From: an uncultured candidate division Zixibacteria bacterium | Lineage (GTDB): Bacteria; Zixibacteria; MSB-5A5; GN15; FEB-12 | Assembly (NCBI GenBank): GCA_963735035.1 | Contig: CAVTJJ010000004.1 | Span: 896,001 to 960,000 of the forward strand | Direction of reading: 5' to 3' | Length of the DNA: 64,000 nucleotides | Shown here: positions 11,044 to 21,540 of the stretch, piece by piece | Layout of the letters: every line of letters starts with the position of its first letter | Position numbering within the stretch: position 1 is the stretch's first letter | Notes under the pieces: model-generated | Databases searched by the model: none | The model's input: only the letters and a program-made list of their open reading frames with translations | Told to the model about the DNA's origin: nothing | Translations under genes and position numbers: made by a program

Positions 11044-11601
11044 TCAATCGAACTCGTAGCGCAACAGCGAGTACAGATACCCGTCGCGTAGTTCGCCATC
11101 ATAGAAATAATGGTGGCGAAGGACGCCGTCCCGTTTGAATCCGGCTTTCTCGAGCATGCCCACAGCGCCTTTGTTGAGCGACGATGTGTTCGCGTAGACT
11201 TTGTTCAGATCACGGGTGCGAAATAACCAACGCGTCACGATGCGAATCGCCTCGGTGCCGTAGCCTTTGCGACGATGGTCCGGGTCCATCAACATTCCCA
11301 GCTCGGTCGACCGATTGAGATTGTTCAGGTTAAAGAAACGCACGATCCCAACCGGGACATTTTCCTTCACGCCGATAATCACGAACAACTGCTCATCGGC
11401 CGTTCGCTCCTTCTTCTTGTAGGACTCGGAAGCTTCAGCCGCGGTGCGAAAGGGATGCGGTCGACTGGATTGCATCGCCGGGTCACTCAACAGATACCAG
11501 TGATAGGTGTTGGCTACGTCTTCGGCGGTTGCCGGACGAAGATAAACATTCTTGCCGACCAGGCCGGGCGCGGTCGGCAGTTCGGGCTTCTTATCGGTCA
11601 T
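11044..11601 (-). CDS. GNAT N-acetyltransferase, RimJ/RimL family
   Basis: RRKGYGTEA acetyl-CoA motif and LEKAGFKRDGVLR; GGAGG RBS upstream of ATG 11601. Confidence 0.88.
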   Translation of the reverse strand: MTDKKPELPTAPGLVGKNVYLRPATAEDVANTYHWYLLSDPAMQSSRPHPFRTAAEASESYKKKERTADEQLFVIIGVKENVPVGIVRFFNLNNLNRSTELGMLMDPDHRRKGYGTEAIRIVTRWLFRTRDLNKVYANTSSLNKGAVGMLEKAGFKRDGVLRHHYFYDGELRDGYLYSLLRYEFD

Positions 11602-11729
11602 CGAATTAGCCTCCATTCTCAATAGCAACTACTCATGTTATGTAATTTGTCTGTTATCCCAAAGGCAATATTCAAAATGAGACGAGAGTTGTTCTTGACA
11701 CTGTGGGGACGGCGCGTTAGGGTTTGGTT

Positions 11730-12077
11730 ATGCAAAAGCAACTCATACTTCTGGCGGCAATCATAGTACTGTATCTCGCCTCGTCACTCGTGCTGCATAT
11801 CGTGTATGGGCCGTCGTTTCCGTTTCTGTCCGGGGAAGACTGCTGGGTGCCCGACGATCAGGGAGGGTGGCTGGCGCACGGACATCCGGCCGATCCGCAG
11901 CCGGCACAGCCGAGCGTGTACGTTCCATTGCTGCTGAATTATCTTCCGATATTTCTTCCCGGAGCGCTATTAATATTGTTCACGCTTACGCCTCTTCGTC
12001 GAAGGCTGGAGACGAAGACGGATCAATCGGATGCCGATCAGAAGGATATGAAGACCGATCAGCCGTCGGTTTCCTAG
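11730..12077 (+). CDS. Hypothetical membrane protein (2 TM)
   Basis: Two hydrophobic segments; a TTGACA-17-TAGGGT promoter-like element lies just upstream. Confidence 0.65.
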   Translation: MQKQLILLAAIIVLYLASSLVLHIVYGPSFPFLSGEDCWVPDDQGGWLAHGHPADPQPAQPSVYVPLLLNYLPIFLPGALLILFTLTPLRRRLETKTDQSDADQKDMKTDQPSVS

Positions 12078-12088
12078 TAAGAAAAATG

Positions 12089-12117
12089 TTGCATGATTAT
12101 GGTGCAGTGAGTATACT
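12089..12117 (+). promoter_or_regulatory. Sigma70-type promoter of paralog P0
   Basis: TTGCAT-17 nt-TATACT, followed by an AAGGAG RBS before ATG 12171. Confidence 0.55.
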
Positions 12118-12170
12118 AAATCACGCGCAACTAGGATAAATGCCCTTCGCTGCCCGACAAGGAGTTAGAT

Positions 12171-15100
12171 ATGATTGCCCGGGAGACTTGGTGTCGCCTT
12201 GCGACATTTTATGTCACTTTGTGTCTGGCCGCGACAGTGCTTAGTGCAGCCGTCTTGGCGGCAGACAATTCTATTCCCCCCGAACGCGTTACCCAATTCA
12301 ATCTCAATCCCGCCCTTGGCCTGAATAGGTCGGAGGTCGCCGATTCGGACCGCGGTGTGGTGTCGACAGGGGCATCCGGTAGTCGCCGCCCGGTTGGCTC
12401 GGCGGTTTCGACCGACGCCGGTATCGGGAAAGGGGAGAGTGTCGATCTGACCTGGGACGACGCCCAGTACACTACTGGTCACGGCCGCCACATTAGCCAC
12501 TGGTGGAATGGCCAGTATGGCATTGACGCTGCGGTGAGTGTTCACTTTGCCTATCGTGATTTGATCGACTCAACCGCCAGTAACCGGATCTATTACTCCG
12601 GCTACAACGCATACGATGCCTTGAACGGAGTCTGGCCCAGGGGGGTGGAAACAGGCTGTGATCTTCAGGATTCGGATCCCCTCGGTTGGGGCGACATCCC
12701 GAGCCTGGACATCATGCCCAATGGACGGGCGGTGATGGCCGGTATGTCGGCGCTTTATCGTACCATGCCCGGTGGCGGCAGCTTGTACGATAACATGGTT
12801 TTCTATCAGGGAAGCGAATTCGGCTGCACCTACGATCCGCGCACCAATCTCAACGTTACCTGGATTGACAGCAGCGTTTATCGCCCCAGGTTCATGGTGA
12901 GGTCCGACGGGACTTATTCGCGCACCCCTCAGGTAGTTAGCCAGTGGGATGGTACCAATACGATTGTCCATCTGCTCCTGGGAGAAGAATCCCCCGGCAC
13001 GATGCTGAACGGCGACGCCTATGTTTCTGGTCTTCCGTACTATTCATTTGTCTATTTCCGTAAGGTTGGTGAAACATCTGGTAGCGGCACGTGGAGCGCG
13101 GGTCAGATCATCGATTCGCTCTGGTTCTCCTGGGCATCCATGGCGGCCGCGCCTTACCCCTACACCGGTGTGGCGATTACGTATACTAATCCAAGCTACT
13201 ATGGGGCTCTCTTAGAGAACGAACACGATCTGGACGTCTGGTGCCGGGAGTCGTTCGATCGCGGCATCTCGTGGGCCAGTGCCTACAGTGTGACCAATTA
13301 CGCGAACGCTATCGCCGGGGATCCGAAACACTTCACGGCCTGGCTGGAAACGCAGGCAATGTTCACCACTGATGGAAAGCTCAACGTGGTTTGGACCGCC
13401 AAGCCGACTTTCGAAGATCCCTATTTCGACGGCTTCAACTGGACCGACTACGATGAGAACATCTACCACTGGGAAAAGACCAACGGCAGCGGTGTGCCGG
13501 GTGTCGGCGACGTAGTCAAGGTGGCCAACGGTAATTTCAACGACGGGGGCGACTACATCACGGGGAGTTTCAATACTCTCCACTGCGGTTTCGGCGGCAG
13601 TAACGCCGGGTATATCGCCAACATCAATCTCGCCGAGTGCGACGGCAAGCTCTATTGTGTTTGGAATCAGATTCATGAACGAGCTAATAACGCCGATTGG
13701 CGCCGCGCCGGCACTCAGCCGATGCCGGGTGTGCTGGACGACTGCTCTTATACCGGCAACCGTCAGGCGATGGCCAACTGGGAGATCATGATGTCGGTGA
13801 AGTCTCTGACCGACGGGACATTCTGGGACAACGCCCGCAATATCACTAATACCTATACTCCTAACTGTGGGGTGGCCGGTGATCCGCTGGCTCAGGGCGT
13901 CTGTGGCAGCGAATACAAGCCGACGGTTGAGAAATACGGTCTGGATGAGACCGGCCTGTCGCTCAACTGGCCTGCGGCGACCACGGTCGACCCCACGGCC
14001 GACTGGGAAACGCCCTATGCCGGATCATGGTACCTGAACCTGCAGTATCTCGACGATCAGTTCCCCGGACCGGCGTACTGGGGTCGTACGAACCCGCCGG
14101 CCACGCTCAATTCGATCAAGTGGATTCGCCTCGCCTGTGTGGAGCCGGTCTACGCGCCGCAAATTTCCTTGGTCCCGACAAGCGTCGACTGGCCGTTGTG
14201 GGTGCAACTCGGTAATAGCCGCAATTTTGCCGTGACCGTAGTTAACGACGGAAACCTTGCCCTCAATGTCACCGAAATCGGGTTTGATGACAACGGCGGG
14301 GGCTGGCTGGGTGCATCGGTAGCTACCCTGACGGTCCCGGCCGGGGTCGGCAATACCCGAACGTTTAATATTGTAGTCAACGCCGGCGCTCTGGCCACGA
14401 CTCAGTGGCTCGACGGTTCAGTCTGGTTGAAATCTGACGCGGTAAACAACGATTCGCTGTCCATCCCGATTCATATTCTGGCCGCCGCCGATGTCGAGTC
14501 CGTGGCGTGGGATACGGTTATGTCGCATCAGTATATGTTCGATCAGTTCTTTGAGCCGGTGGGCGAGTGCGTGGCACTTGCAGTCTCCAACTATGGTGAG
14601 ATGGGATGGCAGGGGCGCGGCTCGGTAAATCTGGACTATCGCGAGTCGGGTGAGGAGTGCGGCGCCCGTGACGCCGACGCAATCTATCTCAAGTCCGGCT
14701 CACCGTTCGCAATCCTGGCGACCAGCTCGACGGGAGTGGGCGCCGAGCTGACCTGCTCCTATATGGATCCGAACCAGGCCGACCCGAACGGTTGGGATCC
14801 GACTCCGGCCAACGGGGGGATCAGAAGCGGGACCTATGCCAATCGATATGATTCGGTGTACACGGGAAAATTTGTCAACCGTGACACAACTATCGCTATG
14901 GAACAGGTCTTCTATGCCCCGCGGTCGAGTACACCGGCGACTTCGACTATCAATTTCGTGATCTGCAACACCTGGTTCTATTCGGCTGACGGGCTCCCGC
15001 ATAATCATTTGACGGTCGGCAATGTGATCGACTGGAATGTGCCGTCGGACAGCGCATCGAGCAACACGGCGGGAGTATCCAGCGCTGGATTCGTCTATGC

Positions 15101-15847
15101 AAAAGGTACAGATACACTGGGTCATGACGGTTGCCAGTCGAATACCAATCGATATGCGACCGAGGCCTTCGGAGGCGGTGCTACAAAGTCAGAAACTAAT
15201 GCAAATCCATGTTCCAACGACCCCAACGACTACTACAGCATCAATGCCTTCGACCAGCATATAATGTCCGACACGACCCATTATCGCAACGGCACCGATC
15301 TGGTCCCGGATCAGCCCAACCCGCAGGTCTGGTGGGATGAGGTGAAAGTGCCCGGTTCAATTCTAATCCGGAAGCAAAGGATCAGGCAGTGTGGCTGACC
15401 TATAAACATGATTACGATCTTTCGGCGACGGACACGCTGTACTGCTGGACAGTGATGACAACGGTCCGTAACGGCTCTTTGGCCGATCTTGAAGCCCAGG
15501 TAGCTTACGCTAAGAGTTGGTTTATGACCAGTGTGAACCCCTGTTGTGCCGATGATGGTTGTTGCATGGAAAAGGTCGGCAACGCGAATGGACTAGGGGG
15601 AGAGGTTCCGACTATTGGCGATATCTCGGTTATGATTGACGCCAAGTTTGTTGCGGGGACCTGCATTCTTTACGGTTCGGGATGTAACATCGTGTGTCTG
15701 GAGGAAGCCGATATGAACCTCTCTGGTGGAGCCAATGCAACGTGTGATGACATCACTATCGGCGATATCAGTATGCTGATAGACTGTCTGTTCATAACCG
15801 GTGAGCCGCCGTATGTTCGAAACAACTGTGCGATTGGCTGTCGGTAG
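12171..15847 (+). pseudogene. Large secreted protein with C-terminal dockerin-like module (paralog P0), split by a -1 frameshift near 15356 (pseudogene or assembly error)
   Basis: ORFs 12171-15398 and 15389-15847 join if one base is restored at CCCGGTTCAA, giving VKVPG(F/L)NSNPEAKDQAVWLTYKHDY, which matches KVPGLNADASTQDQAVWLTYKQDY in the paralogs at 50472 and 54866. Signal peptide, Asp-box (SFDRGISW), Ig-like segment and dockerin are present. Confidence 0.85.
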
Positions 15848-15919
15848 CGGTATTTGTGAAAGCAACGGTTGCCTGTCGCGATACAACTTAGCGTCACATT
15901 GAATCAGATTGTACGCGAA

Positions 15920-15957
15920 GCGGGCCGGTTACGTAGATCGTACCGGCCCGCCCTTTT
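15920..15957 (+). terminator. Intrinsic terminator
   Basis: GCGGGCCGGT...ACCGGCCCGC hairpin followed by a T-rich tract. Confidence 0.65.
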
Positions 15958-15995
15958 AGCTTTTCTTCAATGCCGGTGTCGCCCATATTGCCGCC

Positions 15996-16472
15996 GTGGA
16001 ACCCGAAGATTACCCTCGACTCATGCAGCTCGCCCTGCGCGAAGCTGAGCTCGCCTACGAGAAGGGCGAAGTCCCGGTCGGCGCCCTGGTGGTGTTTGAC
16101 AATCGGATCATCGGCCGCGGCCACAATCTGACCGAGTCGATGCACGACGCCACCGCCCATGCTGAAATCATCGCGCTCAGCGCCGCCTATTCACATTTCA
16201 AGGACTGGCGGCTCGAAAACTGCATCCTGGTTTCGACCCTCGAACCGTGCGCCATGTGCGCCGGGGCGTCGGTCCTCTCGCGTATCAAGACTATTGTCTA
16301 CGGGGCGAAGGACCCAAAATTCGGCGGCTGCGGGTCGATCTTCCAAATACCCTCGGAGAAGAAACTAAACCACCGGATCGAGATAATCGGCGGGGTGATG
16401 GAAGCTGAGGTGGCGGCATTGATGCAGAAGTTCTTCCGCGAACTGCGCGACCGGAAGGAGAGCGTGAATTGA
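15996..16472 (+). CDS. tadA: tRNA adenosine(34) deaminase
   Basis: EVPVGA, HAE, TLEPCAMC and YGAKDPK motifs. Confidence 0.93.
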   Translation: MEPEDYPRLMQLALREAELAYEKGEVPVGALVVFDNRIIGRGHNLTESMHDATAHAEIIALSAAYSHFKDWRLENCILVSTLEPCAMCAGASVLSRIKTIVYGAKDPKFGGCGSIFQIPSEKKLNHRIEIIGGVMEAEVAALMQKFFRELRDRKESVN

Positions 16473-16930
16473 GCCAGAACGATGAGCAGACAGATAAGCA
16501 ACGTCGCGTACTCAGGCTAATTACGTGGATGTTCCTCGTAGTGATGCCAATCGCATATCTCATGGCCGCTCAGCAAATAGACGCTAAGGGGGTGCAGGCT
16601 CGGGCCGGGAATGATGTCTTACTGTACCTCTTGCTGGTGGTCGGAGCTCTGTCGCCATTGATGATACCTTTGGTGACAAATAGCGTGATTCGAGGCGAAC
16701 GCGCCAAGAAGGGGCAGGGTTTGCCTCCAGCGCAAATTTTCCAGCAATTGAGCATAGTACAAATGGCCTTCGTGGAAGCCATCTACATCTACGGCTTTAT
16801 CGTATTCAACTTGACCGGCAAGTTCACTTACATGCTCTATTTCTATCCGATCGGAATTGTCTGGTCATTCGTATATTGGCCGAAACGTGAAAAATATGAC
16901 CGCCTACTGGAGAAACTGAAACAACCATGA
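16469..16930 (+). CDS. Hypothetical membrane protein
   Basis: About four hydrophobic segments; 4-nt overlaps with both neighbours. Confidence 0.75.
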   Translation: MSQNDEQTDKQRRVLRLITWMFLVVMPIAYLMAAQQIDAKGVQARAGNDVLLYLLLVVGALSPLMIPLVTNSVIRGERAKKGQGLPPAQIFQQLSIVQMAFVEAIYIYGFIVFNLTGKFTYMLYFYPIGIVWSFVYWPKREKYDRLLEKLKQP

Positions 16931-17481
16931 TTACTGATAACGATATCGATGACCGGTATGACCTGACCGGTATGATTGTCCGACCGCTCTATTTCGGCAT
17001 GATGGTAAACATCGTGCTTCCGGCGGCTTTGTTGTTTGTGTGCTATTATGTCGGCAACAAGTATTCGCCGGAGAACCGGATACCCGAACTGTCCAATGGG
17101 CTGTTCTATGTTCTTTGTGCGCTGGCCCTGGCCCAGGCGGGACTGGCGCTCTGGTGGCGACACAAGAAATTCGAGGAGCCGCTGGTCAAGCGGGCGGAGA
17201 GTATCGAGTTTGACATCTCCGCCGCGGTCTACGATCGCTCCCGGCCGATCTTTGTCCTGATCGCCGCTATCACCCTCTGGGGATTTGTCTATTTCGCCTT
17301 GACCGGTCGTTTCCAGGAATCGGTGGTCTTTATCATCTTCTCGTTTGTGGTATTTCAGGTGGTACGCCCCCGGTTTCGCTGGGCGCGCAGCGTGATCGCC
17401 CATCAGGAACAACTGGTCAAAGAGGGGCGATTCGCGGGCGGGGGACTGGCCGACATTCGTAAGGAAGTCCAGGGCGAATAA
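16927..17481 (+). CDS. Hypothetical membrane protein
   Basis: About four hydrophobic segments; ATGA overlap with the upstream gene. Confidence 0.75.
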   Translation: MITDNDIDDRYDLTGMIVRPLYFGMMVNIVLPAALLFVCYYVGNKYSPENRIPELSNGLFYVLCALALAQAGLALWWRHKKFEEPLVKRAESIEFDISAAVYDRSRPIFVLIAAITLWGFVYFALTGRFQESVVFIIFSFVVFQVVRPRFRWARSVIAHQEQLVKEGRFAGGGLADIRKEVQGE

Positions 17482-17523
17482 ACGGCTTTACACCGGGCCG
17501 GTTTTTGTTACATTGGCCCGTCC

Positions 17524-17719
17524 GGGTGGCCCACCATTTATGGTGGGGTTAGGACAGGTGGCCCACCATTTATGGTGGGGTCGGGTGGCCCACCGCTTGC
17601 GGTGGGATAGGTGTAGGTCGAAACCCCCGTGGTTTCGACATCGACGAGTGGCCAAGACTCAAGTCACCCTGAGCCTGTCGAAGGGTGATTGGCCAGGTGA
17701 CCCACCATTTATGGTGGGG
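17524..17719. repeat. Cluster of REP-like palindromes upstream of tRNA-Ser
   Basis: GGTG(G/A)CCCACCATTTATGGTGGGG at 17524, 17557 and 17696; variant CCCACCGCTTGCGGTGGG at 17583; GTAGGTCGAAACCCCCGTGGTTTCGAC at 17613; GTCACCCTGAGCCTGTCGAAGGGTGA at 17663. Confidence 0.85.
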
Positions 17720-17732
17720 TACAAGTGACGAC

Positions 17733-17821
17733 GGAGAGGTGGCCGAGCGGTCGAAGGCGTCGGTCTCGAAAACCGATGTGCCCTTCGGGCACCCTGGGTT
17801 CGAATCCCAGCCTCTCCGCCA
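17733..17821 (+). tRNA. tRNA-Ser(CGA)
   Basis: GGAGAGG/CCTCTCC acceptor stem, D-arm TGGCCGAGCGGTCGAAGGC, anticodon arm TCGGT-CTCGAAA-ACCGA, long variable arm GTGCCC-TTCG-GGCAC, GGTTCGAATCC T-loop and encoded CCA. Confidence 0.97.
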
Positions 17822-17893
17822 TGTTGAACCCAACTACTTGAATGAAGCCGCGCTGTGGTGTGTGGCCGAGCACAATAAGTGGTACTTTCATCA

Positions 17894-18430
17894 ATGAACA
17901 ATTCCTTTCGCTCCACTCCGCCCACCCCCGGCGAGTGTTCCAATGATTACCAGGAATACGTCGATAAGGTGCTGGCCGGGGACATTATAGAATTGCTCAT
18001 AAAGCAGGGGGCCGAAGCTGTGAGGCTCTTCTCCGGCTTGACTGAGGCGCAGGAACTGTTCAGTTACCTGCCCGGGAAGTGGACTATCAGGGAGTTGCTC
18101 GGGCACGTCAATGACAACGAACGGCTTTTTGCATCCAGGGCTCTATGGTTCGGGCAAGGCGGTCAAGGTCCATTACCGTCGTGGCAAGCGGATGAGTGGG
18201 TAAGAGAAAACCGACACTCCGGACGACCCTTGGCTGACCTGGTTAGCGAGTTTGAACATCTGCGAGCGTCGAGCATCTACTTGTTCGGCAGTTTCGATGA
18301 GCAGGCATGGCGCAGGCACGGCATTGCCGCCGGGAACGAGGTGAGCGTGCGAGCTTTAGCGTGGATAACTGCGGGCCACGTGGAGCATCATTTGGATATC
18401 CTACGCCAGCGATACCTATCCGCTCTCTGA
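17894..18430 (+). CDS. DinB/YfiT family protein
   Basis: PGKWTIRELLGHV and AGHVEHHL motifs with the His metal-binding residues. Confidence 0.88.
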   Translation: MNNSFRSTPPTPGECSNDYQEYVDKVLAGDIIELLIKQGAEAVRLFSGLTEAQELFSYLPGKWTIRELLGHVNDNERLFASRALWFGQGGQGPLPSWQADEWVRENRHSGRPLADLVSEFEHLRASSIYLFGSFDEQAWRRHGIAAGNEVSVRALAWITAGHVEHHLDILRQRYLSAL

Positions 18431-18440
18431 AACGCTGAGC

Positions 18441-18460
18441 GGCCCACCATTTATGGTGGG
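18441..18460. repeat. REP-like palindrome copy
   Basis: GGCCCACCATTTATGGTGGG, 10 nt after the dinB stop; a related variant lies at 18961-18985. Confidence 0.8.
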
Positions 18461-18602
18461 ATGTATCAGTCGTTGACGAAATCTGGACGTTGCGTTATAA
18501 TTCTTTCATGCAGGATAAGTGTGCGGGACGTTTCGCCACAATCTCACCCTAACGCAAGCGTTGGGGCACCCGTGCAACTGCAAATAGAGGCGGAGGAAAG
18601 AA

Positions 18603-18935
18603 GTGTTTGACCTTGTCGTAAACGGTGCGATTCCAATAGCAATTATCGCTATGGTAGTACTCGCGATTCTAAAAAACGCCTATTGGTTTCGGTTATCGAG
18701 CATAATCGTGCTGGTGGTCATTGTTATCTTGCGAGAGTGCAACGTCTACACTCATAGCCGTTCGTTGATTTGGGAACATAGATCAGCAATGACAGGAAGC
18801 AGCAAAGAAGGGTTTGCAGACGGTGCTAGGGCCGTGGCCGATTACTGTGGTGATACGAGCATTGTGGTGTATCTCGTTCTTGCCGCACTTGTAGTTATAT
18901 GTGCGAGGGGTTTTCGGCAACCTAAAGCGAAGTAG
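18603..18935 (+). CDS. Hypothetical membrane protein
   Basis: GGAGG RBS, GTG start and three hydrophobic segments. Confidence 0.65.
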   Translation: MFDLVVNGAIPIAIIAMVVLAILKNAYWFRLSSIIVLVVIVILRECNVYTHSRSLIWEHRSAMTGSSKEGFADGARAVADYCGDTSIVVYLVLAALVVICARGFRQPKAK

Positions 18936-18988
18936 ACGTCGGTCCATTGCGGGCCAGGAAGGCCCACCCTTCAGGTGGGCCACTCGCC

Positions 18989-19639
18989 CTACTTCTTCAG
19001 CAGCTTGAAGGCGTGCGTCCATTCATTGCGAGCAAAGCCGGGGATGCACCAGAGCATCGCCAGCGGCTCGATCGCCCGCGCCGCCACTACCGTACCCATA
19101 TCTTCACATTCCCAGCCGAACTGATCGAGAATCTTCTTCACATTGTCTTTCGCCCCGGAATCGTTCCCGCAAATGAACATCGTCGGTTTAACGCCGCCAA
19201 AGTCGGGATCGACCATGAAGGCGCTCCCCACGCAACTGAACGCCTTGACAAAATGCGCATCGGGCGCCGATTTCTGCAGGCGTTCCATCAGCGAGTCGTT
19301 CGGCGAGGTAAAATACTGAATGACACCGTTGACCGGCGGGGCGTCGGCGATTGGATTGGTCGTGTCAATTACCGTCTTGCCCTTCAGGTTGCCGATTCCC
19401 GTCGATTTCAAGGCCGCTTCAGCCGCTGTCCCCTTTACCGCCAGGACGACAATTTCTCCGAATCGGGCCGTCTCCTCGAAAGACCCGACCTTCGCCTTGC
19501 CGTGAGTTTTCGCGCTTAGCTCCGAGCGCTTGCCCTGGTTGTTCGTGCCGATCATGACGTCGTACCCGTGTTTGACAAAACCGTTGGCCAGGCTCTGGCC
19601 GACTATTCCTGATCCGATGACGCCTATTTTGGTGCTCAT
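18989..19639 (-). CDS. NADP oxidoreductase, F420-dependent (NpdG-like) family
   Basis: KIGVIGSGIVG Rossmann motif, IDTTNP, VKAF, ICGND; AAGGAGA RBS before ATG 19639. Confidence 0.88.
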   Translation of the reverse strand: MSTKIGVIGSGIVGQSLANGFVKHGYDVMIGTNNQGKRSELSAKTHGKAKVGSFEETARFGEIVVLAVKGTAAEAALKSTGIGNLKGKTVIDTTNPIADAPPVNGVIQYFTSPNDSLMERLQKSAPDAHFVKAFSCVGSAFMVDPDFGGVKPTMFICGNDSGAKDNVKKILDQFGWECEDMGTVVAARAIEPLAMLWCIPGFARNEWTHAFKLLKK

Positions 19640-20009
19640 TATATCTCCTTTCATACTTTTCTTAAGTCTGCAACATGACGACCCGACCATAAGTTTCTGA
19701 ATTGCAGAGAATTAGACTCCGGTTTTCGGGTCAAGTGGTCTGCCCGGCCGGCCCGGCCAAAGTGACCATTTTGTATGGTCAACCAATGGTCGTGTTTTAG
19801 TCATCAACTGTCACATGAATCGTCCGAAAGAGAAGCAAGACGCGACGTGATAAGTATTAACTGAACAATACGAGATGTCGATCAATGAATCGGCTCTGGG
19901 GAATGGGGAACAACGCGACGGCTACGAAGCGCGGCTCGTTCTGATGGCCGTAGCGACGGTGAGTCAATCTAGCGCGTTGAAGTCATAGAGAAGGGGAGAG
20001 ACAGACTTT

Positions 20010-21455
20010 ATGAATGGTCAGAAGCTGAATCTTGGTTATGTCATTCTAATAGTGACCCTGGCCGTCTGCCAGACAAGTGTGGACGGTCAGGACCTTGACT
20101 CGCTTATGCAGGCGATTGATAAGATCGGGGCCAATCTCGAAGTGGTGGGTGTCAATAGAGTCGCACCACCCCAGGGACCACGCCACCCAGGTATCGAGAA
20201 CAACCAATCACTTCGATCCACCCCAGGCGATCTCGACACTTCAAAGTGCACACAAATAGAGCGAGAGTTGCAGGCTCTCTGGGCCGAAGTGGCTGAACTG
20301 CGTATCACACTGAATACGCTCAAACAGAAATCTAACAATCCGACCACGGCGCAAAACGACGTGGTCGTTTTGTTTGAACAACTGACCATCCTTCAGGCCG
20401 AACTGGAATTGCTGCGTCAGGGACATCAAGAATCAGCTCAACTCGCTTCAACCGAACCAATCACCGCGCTGGTGCCTGAGTCGCCCGCCGAGGAGACTTC
20501 CAAGAGACTTGAAATCAGCGGCTTCTTTGATGTAGTCGGGTCGTCTCACCGTGTCGACGGGGACGAAGCGCCTTTCCGATTGGGACAGGCCGAGATCGAT
20601 CTGGCTAATCAGGTGTCGAACCGAATCGCTGTTGAAGCTGCGGTGGCCTATAATAATGAGGCCGGGACTTTCGAATTGGGTGCAGCGTTTATTGACTTCC
20701 ATCTGCTCAGCCGCGACAAAGCCGAGCGACACACCCACACGGCCCTTGACATTGATCACTCATACATTTTGGCGGGACAGTTTGATGTACCGTTTGGCGT
20801 AGACTATCACACCTACGCTTCGATTGACCGCAAGCTGGTGACCGCTCCGGCGGTAGTAGAATTGACTCACGGCGGCTGGAGTGACGTTGGGATCCAGCTC
20901 GGGCTGGAAACTCCCCACGCCAATCTCGTAGGATACTGGGTCAACGGCTTTGAATCTTCGGCCGAGATACTCGACGAAGTCCAGACTCTGGCTACCGGAG
21001 TCGAAGTCTACGAAGAAATCAACACGACACCGGCCAACGCCCTCGGTATGCGTCTGGGTTTGAAGCCTCTCGACTGGATGGAACTGGGCGGTTCATTCGC
21101 CGCCGGTTGGAACGCGTCGGAGAAGAATGAAATGACTTTGGCAGGGCTTGACCTGCAATTGACTTATGACAAGCTCGAAGTCAAGAGCGCGTTGATCGGA
21201 CATTCGATGAATCGAACCATCGCCGAAGAAAACAATCGGGGATTTTATCTGCAAGCGCTCTACAATATCTTTGATCGGGCCTTTGTAGTGGGGCGATATG
21301 GTTCGTTCAAGCCGGATCGTAAAGAGTGGAGTGACGAGGGATCAATCGGCGCCGGGTATTCTCTGGCTGATTGTCTCGAGGTGCGCTGGGAGGCCAGCGT
21401 CAATGAAGCACTGACCGGGACTCGGAACTTCATTCAGGCGGTGGCAGCTTTCTAA
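20010..21455 (+). CDS. Outer-membrane beta-barrel porin with N-terminal coiled coil
   Basis: Signal peptide, coiled-coil segments, alternating beta-strand pattern, GQFDVPFG motif of phosphate-selective/LbtU-like porins, and terminal Phe. Confidence 0.75.
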   Translation: MNGQKLNLGYVILIVTLAVCQTSVDGQDLDSLMQAIDKIGANLEVVGVNRVAPPQGPRHPGIENNQSLRSTPGDLDTSKCTQIERELQALWAEVAELRITLNTLKQKSNNPTTAQNDVVVLFEQLTILQAELELLRQGHQESAQLASTEPITALVPESPAEETSKRLEISGFFDVVGSSHRVDGDEAPFRLGQAEIDLANQVSNRIAVEAAVAYNNEAGTFELGAAFIDFHLLSRDKAERHTHTALDIDHSYILAGQFDVPFGVDYHTYASIDRKLVTAPAVVELTHGGWSDVGIQLGLETPHANLVGYWVNGFESSAEILDEVQTLATGVEVYEEINTTPANALGMRLGLKPLDWMELGGSFAAGWNASEKNEMTLAGLDLQLTYDKLEVKSALIGHSMNRTIAEENNRGFYLQALYNIFDRAFVVGRYGSFKPDRKEWSDEGSIGAGYSLADCLEVRWEASVNEALTGTRNFIQAVAAF

Positions 21456-21540
21456 AGGACAGGTGAATCCGCAGAAACGTAGTTGAATACGATAATTTGA
21501 GCCAGTAGATTCAAAACCATATTCATTGGGGGGAGCGTCA

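Noticed and set aside
17524..17719. Possible CRISPR array (recurring 24-bp palindrome)
   Set aside because: Gaps between copies are 2, 8 and ~90 nt rather than constant spacers, copies are dispersed elsewhere, and no cas genes are present.
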